Below are positions 58,544 to 64,000 of a stretch of DNA of 64,000 nucleotides, one piece after another (position 1 is the first letter of the stretch; each line of letters starts with the position of its first letter). A program made the position numbers and the translations under genes. The notes beneath the pieces are model-generated. The model saw only the letters and a list, made by a program, of their open reading frames with translations, had not been told where the DNA came from and ran no database searches. Origin of the DNA: an uncultured bacterium (GTDB lineage: Bacteria > Actinomycetota > Coriobacteriia > Coriobacteriales > Coriobacteriaceae); contig CAJMST010000009.1 in the NCBI GenBank assembly GCA_905216145.1, positions 11,928 to 75,927 of the forward strand, written 5' to 3'.

Positions 58544-59754
58544 TGGGTATCGCCGATCACATCAAGAACGGAATATCGCGTCGCGGCTTTGTACTCGGTG
58601 GGGCTGCCGCGGGCGCTGCCACGGTGCTTGCCGGATGCTCGAAAAAAACGGGCACCAGCGATGATGCCGCCGGCGAGCCGCAGGTTATCAAGGACGATTC
58701 CAAAATCATCTCGATTACGGATGAGTACGAGGCAGTCGACATCGATCTTGAGCCGGCGGTGTCGTGGACGCTGCCTCTGGGTACGCTGCTGTACTACTGC
58801 GACGGCGATTACGCCGCGGCGATGATGGCGCCCGCATCGGCACTGCACGCCAACACACTCGGTGTGCTTAACCTGGGCGATGGCTCGCTTACCACATTAA
58901 TCGAGGATCCTATCGAGGGCACGGGATATGCATTCTACGATGTCCGTGCCGGCGACGGCGTATTCGCGTGGGTTGAGATGAACTTTGCCAATTCATCGTG
59001 GAAACTCTACGCTCAAAATCTATCGGGCGCTTCGCTCTCTGGCGATGTGGTTGAGCTCGATCGAGGTGGCAAGGACTATGATCCGCCCCTGTTTACGGCG
59101 TTTGGGTCATCGGTTATCTGGTATAAAATGCCTTCGGCAGGCGGCAATAAAACGAGTAGTGATTCGTTTTGCTATCGTCGCTCGCTTGATGAATCCAAGG
59201 CCGAGGCAATTTGGAAATCGACGGGCCGCTTTGCATCGGCCCCGCGCGCGAGCGACGGCATTTTGACCATCTCGCCGCGTGTCCGCAACGACGAGGGCGT
59301 CTACTACGGCATAACGGCAATTGATCTGACCGACGGCAACAACACCAAGCGTGCCCAGCTGGTCCTCCCTTCGTCAGTTTCGCCTTTCGAGGCCGTGTAT
59401 ATGGGCGATACCTTCGTGTTTTCTATCGAGGCGGCCTATAGTGGCGTGGGCAGCCTGGGCAATATGGGCACGTATATCGGTAATGAGGGAGGGCCGTACC
59501 TCTTCCTGTCACGCGAGCCGCTCGCATGTGCGGCTGGCAAGAAGAATAAATACCTTGTTAAGGTACAGGCGTCGCATTTCCTGATCGACACCTCTGCCAA
59601 GACCTATGGCTCGCTGCTGTCGCCCGACCGCGCTTTGGAGTATGGCGATTATCCAGCTACGGCGGGAAAATCGGACTCATTCCTTACGTACGCCACGGTG
59701 CGCAACAGCCAGGGTATACCAGAGACGGTCACTGCACGCCTATTTTCTCTTTAA
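58543..59754 (+). CDS. Putative Tat-exported lipoprotein, function unknown
   Basis: SRRGFVLGGAAAGAATVLAGCSKK (twin-arginine-like n-region plus lipobox LAGC). TAATG overlap with the TSCPD gene. Confidence 0.6.
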   Translation: MGIADHIKNGISRRGFVLGGAAAGAATVLAGCSKKTGTSDDAAGEPQVIKDDSKIISITDEYEAVDIDLEPAVSWTLPLGTLLYYCDGDYAAAMMAPASALHANTLGVLNLGDGSLTTLIEDPIEGTGYAFYDVRAGDGVFAWVEMNFANSSWKLYAQNLSGASLSGDVVELDRGGKDYDPPLFTAFGSSVIWYKMPSAGGNKTSSDSFCYRRSLDESKAEAIWKSTGRFASAPRASDGILTISPRVRNDEGVYYGITAIDLTDGNNTKRAQLVLPSSVSPFEAVYMGDTFVFSIEAAYSGVGSLGNMGTYIGNEGGPYLFLSREPLACAAGKKNKYLVKVQASHFLIDTSAKTYGSLLSPDRALEYGDYPATAGKSDSFLTYATVRNSQGIPETVTARLFSL

Positions 59755-59907
59755 GCTTAGAGGGGTTAAAAAGGCGCCAACAGGGGAATAAACGCGTTGT
59801 AATTGTGAGTACCGCCCGCCGAGCTGCCGCGTCATAGCGGCATCCGGCGGGCTCAGGTGCGTTAAAATGGGCTTGTTCTTAGCTAATTGAGACAGGGGGG
59901 CCGTGTT

Positions 59908-60630
59908 ATGGCTTCAGATGCAAAAAAGATTCTGCTGGTCGAGGATGAGAAGGCAATCCGTGACGCCGTCGCTGCCTATCTCGAGCGCGAAGGCTACTGG
60001 GTTGTGGGCGTCGGCGACGGCCAGTCCGCGATCGAGGAGTTCGAGAAGCATCAGTTCGACCTGGTCGTGCTCGACCTTATGCTCCCCAAGATCCCCGGCG
60101 AGCGCGTTTGCCGCACCATTCGCGATACCTCGGATGTCCCCATCATCATGCTGACGGCTAAGGGCGAGATTGAGGACCGTATTATCGGTCTTGAGCTCGG
60201 CGCCGACGACTATCTGATTAAGCCGTTCTCGCCGCGCGAGCTCGTCGCCCGCGTTCGCGCTCTGTTCCGCCGTGCCCATCAGGCCGACGAGCCCGCCGTC
60301 GAGGTGCTCGACTTCGGCGATCTGGTCATCGATATTTCGGGCCACAAGATCTTGGTCGAGGGCAAGGAAGTCGATCTGACGGCTTCCGAGTTCAAGCTGC
60401 TCACCACGCTTGCCCGTCATCCCGGCCGTGTGTATAACCGCATGGAGCTGGTCGAGAAAGTGCTCGGGTATGACTTTGAGGGTTACGAGCGCACCATCGA
60501 CAGCCACGTGAAGAACCTTCGCGCCAAGCTGGGCGATGATCCCAAGAAGCCCAAGTGGCTCTACACCGTCCATGGTGTTGGCTATCGCTTCGAGGCTCCG
60601 GCCAAGACCGATAAGTCGGACGAGAAATAG
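59908..60630 (+). CDS. OmpR-family response regulator
   Basis: Receiver domain (KILLVEDE, DLVVLDLMLP, MLTAKG) and a winged-helix output domain ending YTVHGVGYRF. Confidence 0.9.
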   Translation: MASDAKKILLVEDEKAIRDAVAAYLEREGYWVVGVGDGQSAIEEFEKHQFDLVVLDLMLPKIPGERVCRTIRDTSDVPIIMLTAKGEIEDRIIGLELGADDYLIKPFSPRELVARVRALFRRAHQADEPAVEVLDFGDLVIDISGHKILVEGKEVDLTASEFKLLTTLARHPGRVYNRMELVEKVLGYDFEGYERTIDSHVKNLRAKLGDDPKKPKWLYTVHGVGYRFEAPAKTDKSDEK

Positions 60631-60641
60631 GGAAATCACAT

Positions 60642-62207
60642 ATGACACCTGCGCGCTTTGAAATCGGACAAAAGCACAAGCAGGAGAGCGAGGCGGGTTC
60701 CAAGGCTAGTTGGAACACGCCTCGTTCCGATTCACGGCCAACGATGAGCTATCCCTCGCGCATGGCACTTGCTTTTGCCCTGACATCGCTCATGACGGTA
60801 TTGGTGCTGGTGGGCGTTGTCTCTGTTGTGTGGGGCACGGTCTTTTCGGATTACACACGCTCCAATATCGTCGAAATCGCAAATTCCGCTGCCGAGAAGC
60901 TGGCGACCTCATATGAGGAAAACGGCTCTTGGACCGCGGGAGAACTGCGCACGGTCGCAACGTCGAGTTTGGTTTCCGACGATCTGGGCATGCAGGTCGT
61001 CAATAAAAAGGGCGTGATCGTTTATGACGATTCCTGGCCCTCGGCAAGCGCCACCGCCGATGTACGCGAAAACCAGGCTACGACCGACGACACGAGCGGC
61101 AAGAGGGCATCGCATAGCCCGGTCTCGTCTGCTCCAACCGACTCCGATAGCGTTGCTAACGTCGAGATTGTAACGTCTTCCGGCGAGCATGTCGGACAGG
61201 TAAAGCTGTGGGCCATCGGCTCCGACGCTCTGCTCACCAAGGCGGACTCTGCGTTTAGGGAGAAGACCTTTAACGCCATGGCTCTCGCCGCGGTTGTTGC
61301 AATCTGCATTTCGGTCGTTATCGGATCGCTCGTGTCGCGCATGCTCACCAAGCCGATTCATCGCATCACCAGTACCGCAAAGCAAATCCGTGACGGCGAC
61401 CTGTCGGCTCGCACGGGACTGCGCGGTGATGACGAGATCGATCAGCTGGGTGAGACCTTCGATGAGATGGCCACTTCGCTCGAGAAGGATATGAAACACG
61501 AGAAGCGCCTGACCTCAGACGTTGCACACGAGCTGCGCACGCCGCTTATGGCCATGCTCGCAACGGTCGAGGCCATGCAAGACGGCGTGTACCCCACCGA
61601 CGACGAGCACCTGGAGACGGTCGCTTCCGAGACGCGTCGCCTGGCTCGTCTGGTGCAGCAGATGCTCGACCTGTCGCGCATGGAAAACAGCACGGCTCCA
61701 CTCAACCTTGAGCCGGTGGACATGGTTCCTTTCGTGCGTTCCATCGTCAATGCCCAGGAGCGCCTGTTTGTCGACCGCGATCTGCGCCTGCGTTTTGCGG
61801 ACGAGACCCAGGGTCACGACGATGTCGTCGAGGCCGATCCCGACATGATCACGCAATGTGTTATCAACCTCATGAGCAACGCCATGCGCTACACCCCCGA
61901 GGGCGGTTGGGTCGTGGTGTCGGTGCTCAGTGACCGCAAGCACGTCAGCATTGCCGTTTCTGATACCGGCATCGGTATTGCCAAGGACGATCTGTCGCGC
62001 ATCTTCGGGCGGTTTTGGCGCGCCGATGCCAGCCGCGCCCGCGAAGCTGGCGGCCTGGGCGTTGGCCTCGCCGTGACCAAGCAGATCGTCGAGCGTCACC
62101 ATGGCTACATATCCGTGGAGTCGGAGCTTGGAAAGGGTACGACTTTTACAATTCATCTGCCCCGCGAGCACACGGCAGACGCGGCATCTACTACAATGGA
62201 GCACTAG
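60642..62207 (+). CDS. Sensor histidine kinase (2 TM, HAMP, HisKA, HATPase_c)
   Basis: H-box DVAHELRTPL, N-box NLMSNAMRYTP, G1 DTGIGI, G2 GGLGVGLAV. The start could be the internal ATG at 60744. Confidence 0.88.
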   Translation: MTPARFEIGQKHKQESEAGSKASWNTPRSDSRPTMSYPSRMALAFALTSLMTVLVLVGVVSVVWGTVFSDYTRSNIVEIANSAAEKLATSYEENGSWTAGELRTVATSSLVSDDLGMQVVNKKGVIVYDDSWPSASATADVRENQATTDDTSGKRASHSPVSSAPTDSDSVANVEIVTSSGEHVGQVKLWAIGSDALLTKADSAFREKTFNAMALAAVVAICISVVIGSLVSRMLTKPIHRITSTAKQIRDGDLSARTGLRGDDEIDQLGETFDEMATSLEKDMKHEKRLTSDVAHELRTPLMAMLATVEAMQDGVYPTDDEHLETVASETRRLARLVQQMLDLSRMENSTAPLNLEPVDMVPFVRSIVNAQERLFVDRDLRLRFADETQGHDDVVEADPDMITQCVINLMSNAMRYTPEGGWVVVSVLSDRKHVSIAVSDTGIGIAKDDLSRIFGRFWRADASRAREAGGLGVGLAVTKQIVERHHGYISVESELGKGTTFTIHLPREHTADAASTTMEH

Positions 62208-62265
62208 CTTTTCGCTATTCGGTGAAGGAGGGGCCGCGTCCCTGCCGCTCCGAGTTTGCGAAAAC

Positions 62266-62298
62266 ATGCGGGAAAGAACCCGCATTTCTGTCGTATTT
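62266..62298 (+). terminator. Probable terminator after the histidine kinase gene
   Basis: ATGCGGG-AAAGAA-CCCGCAT followed by a T-rich TTCTGTCGTATTT. Confidence 0.55.
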
Positions 62299-62307
62299 AG
62301 GTAAGGA

Positions 62308-63204
62308 GTGACTCACGTGACAACGATGGAGCGTCGTCCGGATTCCCGTGGCAAGGTTCGTGATATTTACGATGCCGGTGAAAACCTGCTGATGGTCGCC
62401 ACCGACCGCATTTCTGCGTTCGACTTCATTCTTCCCGACGAGATTCCGTTTAAGGGAGAGGTGCTCAATCGCATCTCGGCATTCTGGTTCGATAAGTTTG
62501 CCGACATCGTCCCCAACCATCTCGTTTCCATCGACCCGGCGGATTTCCCCGAGGAGTTTGTCGAGTATCGTGACTACCTCGCAGGCCGCGCCATGCTGGT
62601 CAAGAAGGCCCAGACGATTCCTATCGAGTGCATCGTCCGCGGCTATCTGACCGGTTCGGGCAAGAAGACCTATGACGAGAACGGCACCGTCTGCGGCATT
62701 CAGCTGCCCGAGGGTCTGACCGAGGCCTCCAAGCTTCCCGAGCCGCTGTTCACGCCGTCCACGAAGGCCGAGATCGGCGACCACGACGAGAACATTTCGT
62801 TCGAGCGTTGCTGCGAGATCGTGGGTGAGGACATCGCCGCGCAGATTCGCGACCTGTCCCTCAAGATTTACAAGGCTGCTGCCGAGTATGCAGCGACCCG
62901 TGGCATCATCATCGCCGACACCAAGTTCGAGTTCGGTGTCATCGATGGCAAGGTTACGCTGATCGACGAGTGCCTCACGCCCGACTCCAGCCGTTTCTGG
63001 CCTGCCGCCAGCTACGAGGAGGGCAAGATTCAGCCCAGCTACGACAAGCAATTCGTCCGCAATTGGCTCAAGGCCAACTGGGATATGACGGGGGAGACCC
63101 CGCACCTGCCCGCCGAGGTCATCGATGGCACGTCCGAGCGCTATCGCGAGGCCTTCCAGATCATCACGGGCTCCCAGTTCACAAGTATGAAGGAGAACGC
63201 ATAA
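62308..63204 (+). CDS. purC: Phosphoribosylaminoimidazole-succinocarboxamide (SAICAR) synthase
   Basis: GKVRDIYDAGENLLMVATDRISAFD, IIIADTKFEFG. The true start is probably the in-frame GTG at 62317 (8 nt after AAGGAG) or the ATG at 62326. Confidence 0.92.
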   Translation: MTHVTTMERRPDSRGKVRDIYDAGENLLMVATDRISAFDFILPDEIPFKGEVLNRISAFWFDKFADIVPNHLVSIDPADFPEEFVEYRDYLAGRAMLVKKAQTIPIECIVRGYLTGSGKKTYDENGTVCGIQLPEGLTEASKLPEPLFTPSTKAEIGDHDENISFERCCEIVGEDIAAQIRDLSLKIYKAAAEYAATRGIIIADTKFEFGVIDGKVTLIDECLTPDSSRFWPAASYEEGKIQPSYDKQFVRNWLKANWDMTGETPHLPAEVIDGTSERYREAFQIITGSQFTSMKENA

Positions 63205-63780
63205 GTGAGTACCCGTAGCGCCACGAACAAGCGCACGCAATCCCACGAGGTTACCGGGGTTGCGCGCAAGTCCGCCGCATCTGCTAAACCCGCCCGCCAG
63301 GCAGCGAGCTCCGTTCGCGTCGTGCCGGCTTCGTCTAAGGCACGCCGCAAAGAGCTCGAGAAGGGTGAGAACCTCGAGGGCCTCTCTAAAGAGGAGAAGC
63401 GCGCCCGCAAGGCTAAGCAGCGCGCCAAGGAGGACCGCATCTACACGGTGTCGAATATCCTCCTCAAGCAGGACGAGGACTACACCAAGCGCCGTCGTAT
63501 CTGGTGGGCCGTGCTCGCCATCGGCATGGTACTCGTCGTGGCAATTTGGGCTTCGCTCTACTTCGCTCCCGGCGGCACGGTGTCCAGTCCCGTCCAGATG
63601 GTCGGCATTGTTTTGTCCTATGTCATCATCTTAGGTGACTTTATCTACGACTTCGCTCGTATTCGTCCCTTGCGCAACATGTATCGCGCGCAGGCCGAGG
63701 GCATGTCCGAGAACAAGCTCAACGCTCTTATCGAGCGCGCAGCTGCCGAGGAGGACAAGAAGGACTCCAAGAAGAAGTAG
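63205..63780 (+). CDS. Hypothetical membrane protein with a basic N-terminal region and two TM helices
   Basis: 191 aa. GTG start directly abuts the purC stop. Lys/Arg-rich N-terminus; TM helices IWWAVLAIGMVLVVAIWASLYF and MVGIVLSYVIILGDFIY. Confidence 0.6.
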   Translation: MSTRSATNKRTQSHEVTGVARKSAASAKPARQAASSVRVVPASSKARRKELEKGENLEGLSKEEKRARKAKQRAKEDRIYTVSNILLKQDEDYTKRRRIWWAVLAIGMVLVVAIWASLYFAPGGTVSSPVQMVGIVLSYVIILGDFIYDFARIRPLRNMYRAQAEGMSENKLNALIERAAAEEDKKDSKKK

Positions 63781-63813
63781 CGTTTGCATACATACTTATC
63801 GCTAAGATATAAG

Positions 63814-63841
63814 GCGCGTCGTTTTTGCGGCGCGCTTTTTT
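63814..63841 (+). terminator. Intrinsic terminator
   Basis: GCGCGTCG-TTTTTG-CGGCGCGC followed by TTTTTT. Confidence 0.7.
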
Positions 63842-63869
63842 ACTGTTCTATAGATAGATGGAGTGGCAC

Positions 63870-64000
63870 ATGATTCGAGCTGCCCTGACGGTCGAAGAGG
63901 CCTTGGAGGGTATGAAGTCCCTGGAGCCCAAGATTAAAAACTATGCGCGTCTGGTTGTCCGCAAGGGCGTAAACGTTAAGCCCGGCCAGGAAGTCGTCGT
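63870..64000 (+). CDS. M29 (AmpS/PepS-type) aminopeptidase, N-terminal fragment running off the window
   Basis: MIRAALTVEEALEGMKSLEPKIKNYARLVVRKGVNVKPGQEVV resembles the N-terminus of thermophilic-metalloprotease M29 aminopeptidases (..YA.L.V..G+N+..GQ.V). GGAG 6 nt upstream. Only 43 codons are visible. Confidence 0.55.
   Translation, partial: MIRAALTVEEALEGMKSLEPKIKNYARLVVRKGVNVKPGQEVV

Noticed and set aside
62215-63246. 343-aa minus-strand ORF
   Set aside because: Antisense of purC.

Overview
This window looks like the chromosomal replication-origin neighbourhood of a high-GC Gram-positive bacterium. Gene order and protein style suggest Actinomycetota, possibly class Coriobacteriia, but the taxon is inference only. 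Minus-strand core genes: dnaA-dnaN-recF-DUF721-gyrB-gyrA, a tRNA Ile-Ala-Ile cluster, typA, the rpsF-ssb-rpsR-rplI-dnaB block, purA, purD, a NUDIX hydrolase, an ABC exporter and carA (open at the window edge). Plus-strand core genes: rpmH-rnpA-yidD-yidC-jag-rsmG-parA-parB, ddl, a DnaQ-DinG fusion helicase, purB, an OmpR/HK two-component pair and purC. Dominant gene orientation flips at about 36.5 kb, as expected at oriC. DnaA-box-like 9-mers occur both in the dnaA-dnaN gap (next to a very AT-rich stretch) and upstream of the dnaA operon. Three perfect parS palindromes at exact 39-bp phasing precede parA. Six tRNAs are present; I found no rRNA, CRISPR array, integrase, transposase or sortase. 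Accessory content: (i) a two-gene sortase-substrate adhesin/pilin locus of lower GC, bracketed by inverted copies of a palindromic element; (ii) a second large thioester-domain adhesin next to tRNA-Gly, with att-like duplications of the tRNA 3' end; (iii) a 1.27-kb cassette next to two tRNA-Ser genes, bounded by ~78-bp terminal inverted repeats and carrying a PD-(D/E)xK (DUF559-like) nuclease gene; (iv) a PafBC-like pair of WYL regulators convergent with dinG. The most unusual item is a 474-aa ORF inserted between rpmH and dnaA, ending 15 nt upstream of the dnaA start. It combines Bergerat-fold (GHKL) ATPase motifs, a ~170-aa Gln/Pro/Tyr-rich low-complexity region and a C-terminal winged-helix domain. 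It is a candidate origin- or DnaA-associated factor that I cannot match to any known initiation regulator. All calls rest on reading the sequence and recalled family motifs; no searches were run.
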